A stretch of 64,000 nt of DNA. Origin: Camelus ferus (Eukaryota). A program made the position numbers and the translations under genes. The DNA is taken from positions 9,364,001 to 9,428,000 of the forward strand of contig NC_045698.1 of NCBI RefSeq assembly GCF_009834535.1, read 5' to 3'. The number at the start of each line of letters is the position of its first letter. The first letter of the stretch is position 1. Under the pieces are notes generated by a model, which was given only the letters and a program-made list of their open reading frames with translations, was not told where the DNA came from and searched no databases. Shown here one piece after another: positions 14,514 to 29,178 of the stretch.

Positions 14514-14888
14514 TGTATCAGTCAGAAAAAAAACAAAACACAAAGCCCACATTAGATATTCCAAGACTGAAATAGTTACAAAGCAGTTAAAAAGTTGAAG
14601 GCCTAAAGACCAGATGGCGAGGCCAAAGCAGGAAGCTATCACCAGCTTTTGGGAGGAGGTGGAGTAACTCGAGCCTTGGATCCTGGGCTTCTGGTGAGAA
14701 TAAGAACCAAAGATGAGATCCAGCTACTTCTGGAAACTTCCCTGAAGCAGGAAAAGATAGTGGGTGATTCTCCTATCCCCTGATCCTACTTTTTTTTTTT
14801 TCAGTGACTGTCATTGGTTAATTGGTAAGAAAATAATTGGTTAATAGAAAAGACGGGATCTGACAGCAGACAGGCAAAGATCAGCACA
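14514..14888 (-). mobile_element. Ancient LTR-like element
   Basis: Bounded by tgtatcagtcag...cagcaca, typical termini of old eutherian ERV LTRs; subfamily not determined. Confidence 0.4.
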
Positions 14889-15884
14889 ATAAGAGTATAA
14901 GGAAATAAATTAAAATATAATAATAACTTCCTAAAGCTCTATTATGGGAGAGCTGGATGTGTGTGCTCAGATATGCCCAGAGGCATACTTTTTTGTAATA
15001 TCCTCAAATTAATATCCCATAATTACCAGGCCCATGGTTTCTTCATTTTCTTTAGGTACTACTGCCATAAATAAATAACATAATTAACTTAGAAGAACAC
15101 TAGGTTACATTATTAAATATCAAGTCTGTATTTAACTTGAAGGCAAAATGAAATGTCACTCAAAATTCCAAGTAAAGCTAAATGTGAGGGAAAAAAAGAA
15201 TAGAAACTCTATGTATTCATCCAGTAAGGATATGTCGATGCACTGAGGCTCTCTTATGTTAGAATATCCTTGAGCCTTGTTGACAATTGTGTAGCCCCTT
15301 GCCTTCTAATAAGCGGAGACAACAGCCGTCGTTAAACATTTTTTTCAATGTATTTTCCTTTCACCCTTGAATAGTCCAAGAAATGGAGAGGAAAAAAAAA
15401 GATCTGAAAGTAACAACAAATGTTAACAGGGAAGAAAATCCATTGTAGCCAGTTTTTTTCCAGATTGATCATTCTCTCAAAGCTGTGCTGGATTTCGCTC
15501 ATCCTGTTCTCACGCACGGAAAGTACGGACGTTGCTGCTGCACCCGGCAGCTGATGGGAACATCAAGTTGAACTTGAAGTGCTGGGTGAATTTACTTCTT
15601 ATCTGTTAGTGAGACAAACCTTGGGAACCCATTAAAGCTCTCTAAATATAGCTTTGCCATTTAAATACGGGAAAGGAAGTAACCAGAATTATTTACCCAG
15701 AACTGCAGTTATGTTTTAGGAACATGTTTTAGGACGTCACTAAGCTCTCACAATGCCACGTAAAGATATTTATCCCATTTCATAAGGAAAGAAGAAACCA
15801 AGGCCCAGAGAGGTCAGAGTGCCATTTGCCTAGAGGAACAGATGAGCACAACCACAATTTTGGCAAGATCACTGTCCTACATCA

Positions 15885-16080
15885 TAATAATAACTAATAC
15901 AATTAGAAAGGGTCAGGCTCACTCCTAAGAACTCTCAGTAAATTAATTCAATGAGTACTCAGTTTTTTTTTTATACAGATGAAGCATAAGAAGCACAGAG
16001 AGGTTAAGTAATTTTTCCAAGGTCATTCAGTCATTAAGTGGCAGAAATTGGATGTAGTTTGGCCCAAGAGTCCCCACTGT
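15885..16080 (-). mobile_element. MIR SINE
   Basis: tacagatgaag...gcacagagaggttaagtaatttttccaaggtcattcag. Confidence 0.75.
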
Positions 16081-16329
16081 CAAATAACGTTACGTGTATC
16101 ACCTCTCAACATACTCTGAAGGGACATTATGGAGATCATACAAAGCATTATATTTGAAAATATCCATGAAATATAAATGCTATACATACATAAATCATCA
16201 CTGTAATTCTTAACAAAAGGAGGAAATATCAGAAAATAATACAGGTGATTCTAATAAGTACCTTTTGGAATATGATGATAAAAATCAAACTTGATGACTA
16301 TCTTTGAACAATAAAGTTACACGGTAGAT

Positions 16330-16858
16330 GCAGTCCATCCGTGCTGCACATCTGAGTAAAGACGTGCAGTGGTTTCCCACGGGGCTTAGAATCATTTCTA
16401 AGCATTTACTCTGACCTGCCAATCTCCACCTAAATTGGTCCCAAATACCTTGCCAATCTTACCCCTTAATATCCTCCCTTGGCCCAAAGTTTTAAAAGCA
16501 TAGAGTCTTTTGCTATTTTTTTCAAACTATAAGCCTAGTCCTGCTTTAACAATTCCTTCTGCTCACAAGGCAATCCTCCCTGATTCCCTCATGGGCTGGC
16601 ATCTTCTCATATTTCAATCTCTTCCTCAAGGTGCTTACCTCAGTCTAAAGTAGCCACTCAGCCAAGTGCTAGTCTATTGGCTTGTTTTTATACTCTACAG
16701 AGTAATAATGTATATTCATGTTTTAAAAAATTTTGTTGATAGGTAAAAACTTTCACATCCAATAAAAGCAGTGTACATTGAGTAGAAGCCTTGTCTCTCT
16801 TCATTGACTAGCATATAGTAGGTATTTAGCAAACATGAGTGAATAAATGAATGAATTA
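16330..16858 (+). mobile_element. L2 3' end
   Basis: tagcatatagtaggtatttagcaaac..gaataaatgaatgaat terminal signature preceded by typical L2 3' UTR text. Confidence 0.65.
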
Positions 16859-19800
16859 ATCATAATTAAATAACTAAATCCATATAATTTTGAATATAGA
16901 AAGCATTATCCTAATAAGACCAAGGTTATGAGTTAGACCTCTATGAACACCAAATAGCTTTAACAGAATTTCACTCTGAAAACCAATTCATCAACATGAA
17001 AATTCATATTAGTAGCCAAAATGAAATCAAGTTTCAAGTACAGATAAGTAAACACATACTCTCACCACTTAATGGAAATATATCTCAAAATGGATGTTAT
17101 TTTTGCTATTATTTATAAGAGAGTATTAATGGCAAAAAGTGAACAATGTGATGTATAGCATTCTGTGAATGCAAAATAAATATAATTTATTTACAACTAT
17201 AGAAAGTAACAAATATGGAATTCAATAATATTAATTTGATTTTGAATATCCACAAAGAAATCTCAGGGGTAATATAATATTTTTGAAAATAAAATAAATT
17301 ATCATAAGTATATTTAGTTCAGTTTCATTTGTTCTTTTTAGATCTTCCCAAATTATGTTGGTTTTGATTCTCAGTACTTACTTCAAGTCCATTTCACCTA
17401 GAAAAGTCAAACAATTTGCTATGATTTATACACTTTCATTTATATTCACATGAAACTCCTCTCTCTCAAGACTTATTTTCTGTTATTTGCCTTTGTCACT
17501 GTTGATGTATGAAATAAGCCATTTAACTGGAAAAAGTGTTCAAATTGAATAAGGATGACATTGACAATGAGGTGAATTTTACATGAATATGTTTCAAGTA
17601 AAATGACTTTTCCTAAGATTTACAATAAAACTTTTTACGTTAAGACAGCTGAAGTCAATATGCTTGAGATCAAAGTTAGATTGCAGGATTTATGGTAAAT
17701 TTTATACTCTATATTTTAGAAGTAAATTCAGACGCTGATGTATCATTTCTGCCTAGTATTTCAACCATGGCTGGCATGTGTATAATTTTTAGCTTAAGTC
17801 ATTATGATAAGAAATGGCTTCTTCCAAATCAATGTTTACAACCTACGTTTTCTTTATATTCCTTTATTTTTCTTTTCAAGGGAAGTAGATAGAAAAGGGC
17901 TAAAATTTTTTAAAAAGCAGGCTACCATTCTTAATCTGAAGTTTTGCAATAAGGAAAGTTCCCATTTTAAGAAATGAAACTCAGCATTTATAATGACTGC
18001 CTGGACTTAAACAGACATCTCTTAACACGAATTAATTGAATTAGAAATCCAAAATGTGTATTTCAAGGGACATAAATCCTATGGCATATTTTCCAAAGAA
18101 TAGGATTCCATGAGCAAATAAATTTCATAAATACAGTTTTGCACCTTACCTTAGATATTCAGTCACACTAACCAGCATACTAAAGGTTTTGAGTAATTCA
18201 GCTGTAATGGCATCTGAATATTTAATGCATAATTTGTTTAATTTATTTGCGATGTCCTTTACGTGGCAGCCTAATAATTTCTGGAGAATATAGGTTAGCA
18301 AATAATCACTCTGATTTTTTCCCAACTTGCTTTATGTTTATTTATGTTAAAATGCTTTTGTGTTAAGTTTATTTTACTTCTATATTTTCTAGAATATATT
18401 CCTCCCCTGATCATTCTAGATAAACCAATATAGGTGTGTATTCACTAAAATTATTGTGCTTCTCTTAGGTAAGATTTTTACTGACATCAACATGAGTACA
18501 TGCACAGTGTGCACCCACGCTATAAAAAGAAACAAAGCCTGACTTCTGCAATGGCAGGTCATAATTAGCCTGTGTTTGCATGGTCCATCTTTGATTCATT
18601 TCCTTGACTTTTATTGACAACAGTGAGTTCACCACCCTGACTCTACTTTGGATAAGAATAGAAAAGAAAGTTGAGTTTCACAGAGAAAGGACAAGATTCT
18701 ATCAATTACAAGGAAAAGGAGAGAGATTTAGATAACTTCGGAGCATGTACATATGAGAAGGGTTGTTACTTGGGAGATTATATGGTAGTATCATCAAGAG
18801 AAAATTTACCAAAGGATAACTATGAATATTCTATATAGATATAGGAATGGGATGGGTGAGATAATGTTGAAAATAGAGGTTTATGCCCAAACAAACTGAT
18901 AGGTTTAAGTGGAGAGATGTGAGGGTTGAGATAAGAGGTGAAGGAAACACCTTAGAGGCAGGAGAGTGGGAGACAGCAGGAGTAATGAACATTGCTCTTT
19001 GAGAAATGTGGATGGACTCGGGAGAAAGGGCGAAATTCACTGTGACAAAGATACAATAAGGTGCTTAAAATGCTATCAAAATACCACCTCCACCCCACAT
19101 ACAATCCAAAGCAAACCTGTACTCTAAAGTAAATGTTTATAATTGTTGAACAAATAACGATTATTTAAAAATATGCCACTTGGTCAGGTTCAGAAAAGTA
19201 GGAATGACCAATGTAGACCATAAACATGAAAATATACTTGTAAAAGATTATCCTTATTGATTTTCTACTGATTATAGAATTTTCCTAAGTTATATGAATA
19301 ATCAATTCTTCATTTGCTTTCTTAGGGCAAATACAAACCCGGAAAGCCAAAATTAATGTGATATATGTTTTATGTGATAACCCATATAGTTGTTTTTAAT
19401 CAGAAGTGAAGGAGGAAATATTCTTTGGTAGGATAGTGTGCAAAACGAACAGAAGTATGAATCAACTGATTATGAAACAGACTTTTGTAAAAAGCTAACA
19501 AAGCACTGAGTCTATATAAAAAATAAAATGTTAATTCTACTGGTTGTAGGATTTTCCTTGAGCTGTGTGAATCAGGATAAGTTTTCCATTTGTTTCACTT
19601 GATTAAATACAAACTAAGTTACCCCAAACTCATGCTTCATAGGGTTTTATGAATTCCAAGGACAACCACTTCAAAATTTTGTCAAAATAAAATAAATAAA
19701 TGTCATGGTAGAGTGGTAGCACGTTATATGAAACAAACAAACACCACCACAAGTGGCTGTGTCTCCTCCCAAACATAAAATCAGCTTTTATGGCATCACT

Positions 19801-22800
19801 TTCCTTTACTAAGCATCACACTTGGACATCCATTTATTTAATAACAATTTATATGTGTGGGCTTCTCAAAATTCCCCTCTTAGTTACTGATAATATGGGA
19901 TTCTTTTCTATTTGACTTTAATAGATTCAATGACTGCATCTAACTTTAGCTGCTAGTAATTCTCACTTGAATGAAATTCGTTTAAATTTTGTCTTCTATG
20001 AAAAAGTTTACAATATTGAACAAACGTCTTTCCACAAATATATTATATGCTGCATTTTCCTTCATATAAAAACATAGTGTGATCATATAAACTTAGAGGA
20101 TCTGTCAAAGCAGATTGGACTAGATAAATACATTACAGTATTTCTCCATGGAGGAAAGGGACTCTTTGCCAACAATTACATATGAAAATATCTAAACATT
20201 ATTAGCATGTCTTCCTTTTCAATATTGGGCAATAATTCATTCTTAACATTCTTAATTTCCTATCAGAGGGCTAAGAGTTTAATGTCATGCCTGTGACTTA
20301 CTAGCTTTCTTTTCCTTTATTCTTATGTGAACAAAATTATTAGTATAAGTTAATTTGCAACGTAAGGACATTGATGTTGAATAAAAGATTTCGCATTGAA
20401 AAAGCTGATGCCTCAATCTGAGTATTTAAAAGACACACTTTAGAGAGTTATGGATTTCCTTACTTATACTCTTCACATGCTAAAGGAGGGATGAAGAAAA
20501 CCTTAGTTAATAATTAATAAAAGTAATATTCCCAATCACCATCCAAAATCCTTTAACATTACTATATTGGGAAGGACCTCTGAGATAGGTAGTAGGTCTG
20601 TGTAGATTTGGAAAAGACTTATTTGGAGAAAAAAAGAATTTTCACAGAATTTAAAATGGAGACGTGGAGGGGCAGAAACATTAGGAAGAGCAACACTATC
20701 TCGTAATGTCTCTGTGATAAGGAAGCAGAAAAGTCCTAGATATGACTTTGAATAATCAATCATATGTACTTATTTTAATAATTTAAAAATTTCATTTTCC
20801 CTATTTGCTATTTTTGCTAAATTCAGTCAGTGATGAAATAATAGATTTGGTAGAATATCTTCACTCCCTAGGCAATGTCGACACAAGGCCATCTTTGCCT
20901 CCTCAGTCACAAATGATGATTGCTTTTATTTCAGCTTTATTGTTGTTTGGCATTTTGCCAGATGTTTTCCTCGGTCTAGCTCATTCCACTTTGCTGTAAG
21001 CAGAGGTAAGGTATGCATCTCTGATAAAGTTACAACAAGAGAGACCTTTATTTAGTTAGTTTATGAGATTTATAAAACAATAAATAAAACTAGAGTTCTC
21101 CTAAATGTGACCTAGGATGTTTTGGTATTTTCTATTTGTTCAATAGCAGACCTTAAAATGATATTTTAAATAGAGTTTGTGTACAGACACATACACAGCT
21201 GTGGTACAAAAAAAAAAAAAAACAAAACCTGCAATCAGTTTTGCAACAAAAGTGAAAACAAAGTTTTGGAGAGTGTTGAGGAAAAGCCATCGATTTATTC
21301 TGACGGAAGACAAGGGAAAATTTCACCAAAAAAGGGTAAAATTTAAGCTAGCTTTAGAAAGATTAAACGAGTAAGATTTTGACAGCTGAAAATGTGTGGA
21401 AAAGCCTACCAGTTATTCTGATGTTTTAAAAAATTGACAGTGCAACATTTTTGGCAGCTTCTCTTTATTAATTTATTTTTTCTCCCAAGCTCTAGGCAGA
21501 CATTTAGCAATTAATCTTCTGGAGCTACAATGAAATAGGCAAGTGTGATTGGAATCATGAATAGCTCAGTGTGAGGATAAAAGATAAAAAAAGACGTAAG
21601 TGACAAGTTTAAGATCATAAAAGCACTCACTCATCAGAGGTTAGAATTCCTGAATTTTAGACTTCACTATGTAGCCTTCACACCAGCACTAGCAACACTG
21701 GCATTCTTCCATTTACTTGCCATGATGGTGTCTCAGGAAAAAAAGAGAACTACAGGAGTTGGGTCCTTTACCAACTATACTGAAATCTACAAATAACTGT
21801 TTCTCCAGGGGAGGTAAAATAATTACTTCAATGTTCAACTGAGAAAAAGATGGCTTCCAAAAATGTACTTAAATATCCATTTGCTTTCTGAAGGATGAAT
21901 TCATCTTGGCTCAAATTTGCATCAACATTACTGTCATAATTTTATCATCATCATCATCATTTTCATTTTACTCTCTGTATCATGAGTCTCATCTATTCAC
22001 TTACTTTTGTGACAATATTTCAGTGTTAATTTTGTCATATTTTTTGTTGATATCACTGTACATTGGGAATATACATATATTATTTAAATCTATTTTCAGC
22101 AAAAATCTATGACTTCAATTTTTAGCAGATTTTCTCCCTGGCTCTAATATGTAGGAGATACGTAGGCTAATAATTAAGAAATTTCCTGGGAGCAAAATAT
22201 ATTCATTACAAAAGTCAAAGTATCAGGTATTTGTTAAAGCCAGCACAATATTTTCTAGAGCTAATTAAGTCATAAAATTATATATATACAAAGTATGTAT
22301 TTTTTACTCATCTTTACTAAAGATCAAAATGCTATACAGATTTTTGAAATAAGAATTTGAAAGAAAGCTCCACTTTTGAAAACTGGAAGAAAATGTTGTG
22401 CTGTGGAGAGTAAGTAAAGATGGGGCATCACATTTAGGCTACGTGGTCACTACATATGTCTGCGTATATTTGTAACAAATTGGAATAAAGGACATTTGAC
22501 TACTCTGTGAGTTACGGTAAGTAATCTTTTCATTATTTTCATCCCTAACAAAGTCTATTACAAGTCCAGGCCAAGAAGCTGAACTTCACTAAAGAAATAA
22601 CACAAACTAGCTAATAAACGTGATTCATAAATTTTAAACAGGAGCATAAAAATAGATGAGAGGAGAGTAGGAGTTTCAGAGTAACAGAAGACTGTTGTCA
22701 AGGAACCAAACATGATCACAAAGTTATGGTGGAAGGTCATGGACTAAATCTGGGAATCACTGATATAAAAACAAGCAAGTGTTCTCATTGACCATTAGTC

Positions 22801-23884
22801 AAAATGCACTGTCCTAGCCCCCATAATCAGACTCAAGCATAGAAAACAGAAAGGAAATGTTAATTGGGCAGCACTGACTGTTAAGAGAGGAGGGTTAAAG
22901 GGTAGTAAACTAGTTGGTATAAGTACAACATGTTAATTTAGTAAATTCAGAGAGAAGTGCATTATCAGAAGTACTTTGTAAACAACAAAAGAGACAGAGA
23001 AAATACTCAGAATAGTTTCCTACTTGCTAACACAACAGGGAATTCAGTTGGGATCACAGTTGAAGTTTTATTAGATGTAGTAAGAATCCACTTGACATTG
23101 GTGTGTGCACAGTTCATTCTGGCTGTCATAAATCTTATTTTGATGATTTTAAAAATTTAAAAATCCACATTTAAAGACATTAAAGACTTCCATTTTGAGG
23201 CAGACCTGTAGAATATTACAGGATGTATTTTTGCAATGGACAAAGAATCAGATCATCTGGGGGACAGGGAACAATAGGACGGAAGAATCTGGATCTTTTA
23301 TAAGCTGTGAATTTGATTTCTGCGCTCTGAAATTTTCCTGTGAACTGAATAAATTTTAGGTCTCTTTGCTATGTAGGTGGTTTACTAAATGATAAAGTAA
23401 ATATTTATTGTCCCACATTATATCAATTGTCATACCTGATCTCACTACTTCATTGAAGAAAGTTTATAGGGAATAGAGTGACTGAGTTAAAAATAAGTAT
23501 TACAATACATACAGGAAATAATACCAAATAAGATGTATTTTTGTTTAGGACAACACTTATCTTTATTTAGTCATTGATATTCAGTGGGAAATTGGGTGGA
23601 GAAGAGGCTATACATACAAAAAACCAAATAAGATTTCTAGAATATAAATGTCTAATCTGTTCTTCCACATTAAAACAATTTCTCTTGAATGGTTTCTGTT
23701 GTATTGGTGAACAAACACTATAAAATGCATTGATTTAAATAATCCACTTACTTGCATGGTGCAAGTAGAAATTGTTATTATTAGACTCAGGGCTCAGTGA
23801 TTGCACTAATTATAATTTACAGTTCCAGAGAGGGAGTTGCAGGAGGAAACAATGGAAAGAAGAAAGCCATATGGACATGATTAC

Positions 23885-23968
23885 GTGTGTGTGTGTGTGT
23901 GTGTGAGTGTGTATGTGTGTGTATATATATACATATACATATACATATATATACACACACACACACAA
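23885..23968. repeat. (GT)n-(TA/TACATA)n-(CA)n compound microsatellite
   Basis: Read directly. Confidence 0.95.
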
Positions 23969-24689
23969 ACTACCTGAAATCATTAGCTGGTACTTAAACT
24001 CCAATTATCCAAAGAACTCACAGGAAGACTATAGCTATAAGGCTGAATGACATGATAATATATTTCACAGCTGCTTAGAACTAAGAAGACAGATTTTGGA
24101 GTTTAATCCTGCTAAGTAAGAGGGAATTAATAAATATTTTGTGCTCTATATTCAAATCTAAGAAGGGTTAGGGCTTAAGATTAAGCACTACATTCTAAAA
24201 CCTAAGGGATTTTGTCCAAGATATAAGATAAAAATGGAAGTAGATTCACTTTTTAAAAATCTAAAGATCAAAATGCCACAAACTCAACTTAATCCCCAGC
24301 AGCTTAATTGCCTTCTAGGACAAAAATTTAAAACTCTTTAAAAAAAGATAACAAACACCAGAGTCTATAAATGTATCATCCATAATTTCCTACATACAGT
24401 CAAAAAGAATAAAGGATGTATTTTAAAAATCCACAGGAAAACGTGACAAGAAACAGACTTAGAAAAATCAAGATTTTGGAATTATCAGATAAAGGATACA
24501 AACAAACTATGATTAACATGTTAATGAATTTTTCCGAAAACTATGGGATTACCGGGTAAAGAGATTTGGACTATGAGAAGAGACATAGAAACTCTAAAAA
24601 ATAGAAATGGAAAATATAAGAAAAAAAATTAGACATCTCAAACAATGAATAACATGTCCACCAGTTTTATCTAAACTATCAAGGGAGAG

Positions 24690-24832
24690 AGTCTCATGAC
24701 AAGACTGACTTTACAATATCATGTAGCATAGTCACCCTGCCCACACACACTCAAGGAGAGGAAAACATCCAGGGGTGTGAGTACTGGGAGGCAGGAATAA
24801 TCAGACCCATCTTAGAATCTCCCCACTACCCT
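24690..24832 (-). mobile_element. MLT1 (F/G-like) LTR fragment
   Basis: cactcaaggagaggaaa...ggggtgtgagtactgggaggcaggaat...ccatcttagaatct. Confidence 0.6.
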
Positions 24833-24834
24833 TT

Positions 24835-25280
24835 CATGGTCTCTTTAGATCCACTTGCCATTTTTCTTCACCTAAGTAAACGCCTTGGGAGGCAAACTCG
24901 TGGCTTATGATTAGGTCCGGCCATGGGGAGGATAAAGGCAGGCAACTGGGAGACTGGAAAGCATGGTGTTGCAGGAGATGTTCTGCTGGCTCCCTCCTTC
25001 CCAGGGATGGTTGAGCAGGGGCTGCCTTTTGCTACTGAAACTTAGAGCTTAGGTTTGCTGGCTCTCACTTACAGCATCAGCATTTCTCCAAATCCTGATA
25101 ATTTTGTTGCCCTTTTCATTTGTCCTTTCACAGCTCGAAGTGGTAATGGATCTTAGCTGTTGTTAGTCCATAGTGATGCAGCATCTCTTGCTGGGTTCCC
25201 TAAACTGTGCCCACTCTATTGTAAATAATCCCTTCTTTAAACCCTTCTTAACTACCCAGGGTGAGCACGCCATTCGTTTT
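24835..25280 (+). mobile_element. LTR33-like ERV-L solo LTR
   Basis: 3' part ctgtgcccactctattgtaaataatcccttctttaaac...gagcacgccattcgttttctg resembles LTR33. Confidence 0.65.
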
Positions 25281-28200
25281 CTGAGAGTCTCTGACCAGTA
25301 AAACCACATGGGCAGATAATGGAGAAAAATCTTATAGCCTCAGTGGATACAGAAAAGGCATTTAGTAATAGCCAACATGCAAAAATAATTAGCAGTTTAA
25401 ACAACAAATATTTTAAAAAAAAACTAGGAATATAAGGAAACTAATATGATCTGATGAAAGATATCCTTCAAAATACAGAGCAAACATCATGTCAAATGGT
25501 GAACCATTCAAATCTTTTTCTCAAAGATCGAGAACAACTCAAGGATGTTTCCTAGCCTGTTTTCAATATTGAATAAGGGACAAGCAAGGCAGGACACGTA
25601 CACACACTAATAGATTGGCAAAAATTTCTCATTAGAAACAGATATAAAAGATACCATGATTCTGTATTTAACTGGTAGCACCAGAGGGATTCAATTATTA
25701 TACTTCTGACCTTAAATCTTGGGTTTTCACAGTCTCTTGGCTTAAAATCTGAAGTCCTTCATCTGTAATGGCTCATTGGGACAAGACCTTAAACTTCTTA
25801 GGAATTCTTGTGTTTGGGTGTTCTGTTTTGTTTTGTTTTACTTTAAAATGGGGTTATTCCACTAGATGACCACAGCATAAACTTTAGTTTTAAACTTCTA
25901 CTTCTACACCAGTGTATTCATATATTTAATTTTCTTTTTTGAAATTAATGTGGCAAATTTCCCTGTGATAAGTCAGGTAAGATGAAATTTATACTTGTCA
26001 CTTGAGAAAAACAGTGATTTTATATTTTTGTTAAATACATTAGTAAACTATGTTGATTTACCAGAAAACTTTTTTGTATTCTAAGGATTTTTAAGAGAAG
26101 CTAATGCTTGAAGATGATTTCTGAAATCTGAGAGACACCAGAAAAGAATGGAAATCAAGTATATTGTGATTTTTAAAATCAGTCAGGAACTAGGACTCAT
26201 ATGCAGTGGCTGCAGTAAGACTGATTGGGGCCATTACTCTTCATCTAAAGGTCACTCTCAATCATATGCAGTTTTATGCAAATCCTTGTTTCACTCTTAG
26301 TTTTCTCTCTCCAGAAGCAAATGACTGCACCCCCTTCTTTGCTAATTAGTCAGAGAGAGAGAGAGTTAACTCCTGCTTTATTTTTAGAATATGTCATTTT
26401 GTGCCGGTTGCTTCTTAAAATTTGTACCACAAACATTTGAAATTTAATTAGGACATTCATCCCTTAGATCACATCACTGTGATGTACCCCCTTGTTCATT
26501 TCACTTCACTGTGTATCTGACACATGAAAAGGGAAAAATTCATTCTGATATTGCAAATACAATTTTGTTACCATTAAGAGCTATGGAATAGGAGACACCA
26601 GGGGCATAATTGGCTGAACACATCCTTCGGTTTAGAGGGTAGAAGGTCAGCATGTAGGAAGTGAAGTGACACCTCAGCGCGTACTGAACTCTTACCGTTA
26701 GCTGGTGACCACAGCATACGCAGTCATGATTCATTACAGCATGGCCGTCTTAGGGAGATTTTCCTTCATGTTCATATTTGCCAGCGACTTGAATGTGATT
26801 GGTAGAGAAGAAAATAGCAACACAAAAGCAATTTTGAGTAATTAACAGCGATCTTAATAATTCACATCACAGAAGCAGCCTGTTTATGCTGAGACTCCTT
26901 GATATCTGCTTAATAAATATTTCAAGTCTCTGTAGTCTTTGAAAGTGTGGTCACAATTGAAGCCATAAAGCTATGGAAAAAAAACTGTCATCATTAAACC
27001 CAACCCAGAGTAAATATTCATATGATGTAATCTGTGCCCAGATTACTTACCTGTCCCCCACAACCTCAGCAACCACCTACCTAGATAAAGGCTCCTACCA
27101 CCACAGCTGAATGGAAGATTTAGGAGGGCCAACTAGAAGAAAATGGGCTACTTATAGTCCCTTGGGTTAGAAGGAAGTCAGGCAAATTAAAGTGACTCCC
27201 AAGGTTATGGAGTCTGACTTTTACAAAGTAGCCATAGAAGCAAAACACTGAGATGATTTGTTATCAGGACCAGAAACTATTGAAAATGTTTAGAAGGCTT
27301 CTACTTCTGAAAGGACAACGAGAAACCTTGATCTAAGTAGGTACACAAAAGCTCCTCCATCTCGTTGTCTCAGGGGGATTATGTGTCACATTAAATAGAA
27401 TATCTTGGACTACTCGGGTTATTTGATTTATGAGACTACTGTGTGCCGGAATAATTTGGGAGAATTTCAAAGAATATATGGAGGCTTCGGGTAAAACAAA
27501 TAAAGGAATTCTCCTCTCCTAGTTATGAACATTAGAGTGAACATTCATCACTGTGGGCAGCTGCAGATGAATTTCTGAATCACAGATCTGCTGCTGTCTT
27601 AGTGGGCCTGCTGCCAGGTGGAATTGGGAATTTTGTTTCTATTAGAGTGAAACTCTAATAATGCCAGGGATTTTTGGTATTAACAGGTTTGATAAATAAG
27701 AATATATGAAGATATACCTGTTAACTCCATTTCTTACATTTAAGGAAAACTGTATTAGTGCTAAAAGCAAAGAAGGCACCAAATGAGGGTCAGCTCAATT
27801 TTCTAGGTACAAGGCAGAATGACACTAACAGCCCATTTCTGAAAAGATGTTAACAAAATTAAGTATTAAGTTCCCAGAATTGCAAAATGATGCTCATTTT
27901 TATATTTTTATTTTTAGTGTTCTAAGCTTTAAATTGTCCAATTGAAATATAAACACCATAGTTGAAATATTCACTATGACTGGCTGTATATTTCTGTAAA
28001 GGCATTATGCCTATATTTTGACTATAAATAGATACATAAGATCAAATTTAATGAACTACTTGAACATTCACATTTGTTGTGTTTTCTTAAGATGAACTAG
28101 TTAATGATAAAACTCATAATTCTTCAGAATGAACTTATTCAACGAATCTATGACAAATCGTTCTGCCAAATCCCTTCTCTGACATTCAATCCAACATTTG

Positions 28201-29178
28201 CATTTAAATACAATTTTGTACTTAGTGTTTTCTTTTTGCTTTGAAAAAAAAAAAAAAGCCATGTTGAGGTCTTGGAAAATATGAGCATAAAGACTAAACA
28301 AAAGTACCATTTTTCTTTGTATAGAATATTAAAGATCTTTAAACAGAGCTAAATCCATTTTTTTCAAACAGAATGGAAATTTTTGTTTTTAGCCTTTTTT
28401 TTTAGATAATTCCAAAGATATGTTGTATTTTATTATCAATTTAAAAATGGACAATACTAAATTAGGCAAACATTTTTTGACCGGTGTCTTAGGCTTTATG
28501 AGAATTATAGCACATTTGTATGGACTTTTCCACTTTTGTAAATGCAGTAATAATTCCTAACCTGTAGCGTATTTAGCTATAACTTTATAAGCTAAATGAG
28601 ATGAAATTACAAAAAGGTCCCATTACACTAATGAAGTCAAACATATAAAATTACTATATTAATTTGTAATTGATGATATCATTCATTTTTTGTTTTTATT
28701 TAAATATTTCATTTTATTAGCCAAATTTCTGGAATATAACCTCTCTGCAAAATTTATTTTTGTCTTTTATTTAAGTAGCAGAGACAATTTATAGGAAACC
28801 AATGATCAAGACTTGTTTCTATAAGTAATTGGGGACAGTACCTATGTGGCCTGACCATTTTCATTTCTACAACTATATCCCGTATAGTGAGAAGCATTAT
28901 AAGATCCACGTTTTTAAAGAATGTAGCAATTTATTTCACCAGAATTAATCACTATACCATAAAAAGCAACTGTCTCATTTAAGAAAGATTTCAACCTCAA
29001 TTTTTGGGGGAAAACATTTTTTGTTGCTTTATTTTCCTCAAAGTCTAGTAAGAAAAGTCTAAGCTATTTCATGGTCCACTATGTAGTGACCCACAGGATA
29101 AGCATGACAAGACAAGCCTCCCGTCCCCAGCAACATCCTCATCTCATGATCCTCCACCGCTGGCACCAGCACACCTAC

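Larger units (their letters stand above)
24150..25650 (+). mobile_element. Old L1M fragments flanking the two LTRs
   Basis: A-rich strand; tcagtggatacagaaaaggcattt, aactaggaatataaggaaac, aagatcgagaacaactcaaggatg resemble degraded L1 ORF2. Confidence 0.5.
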
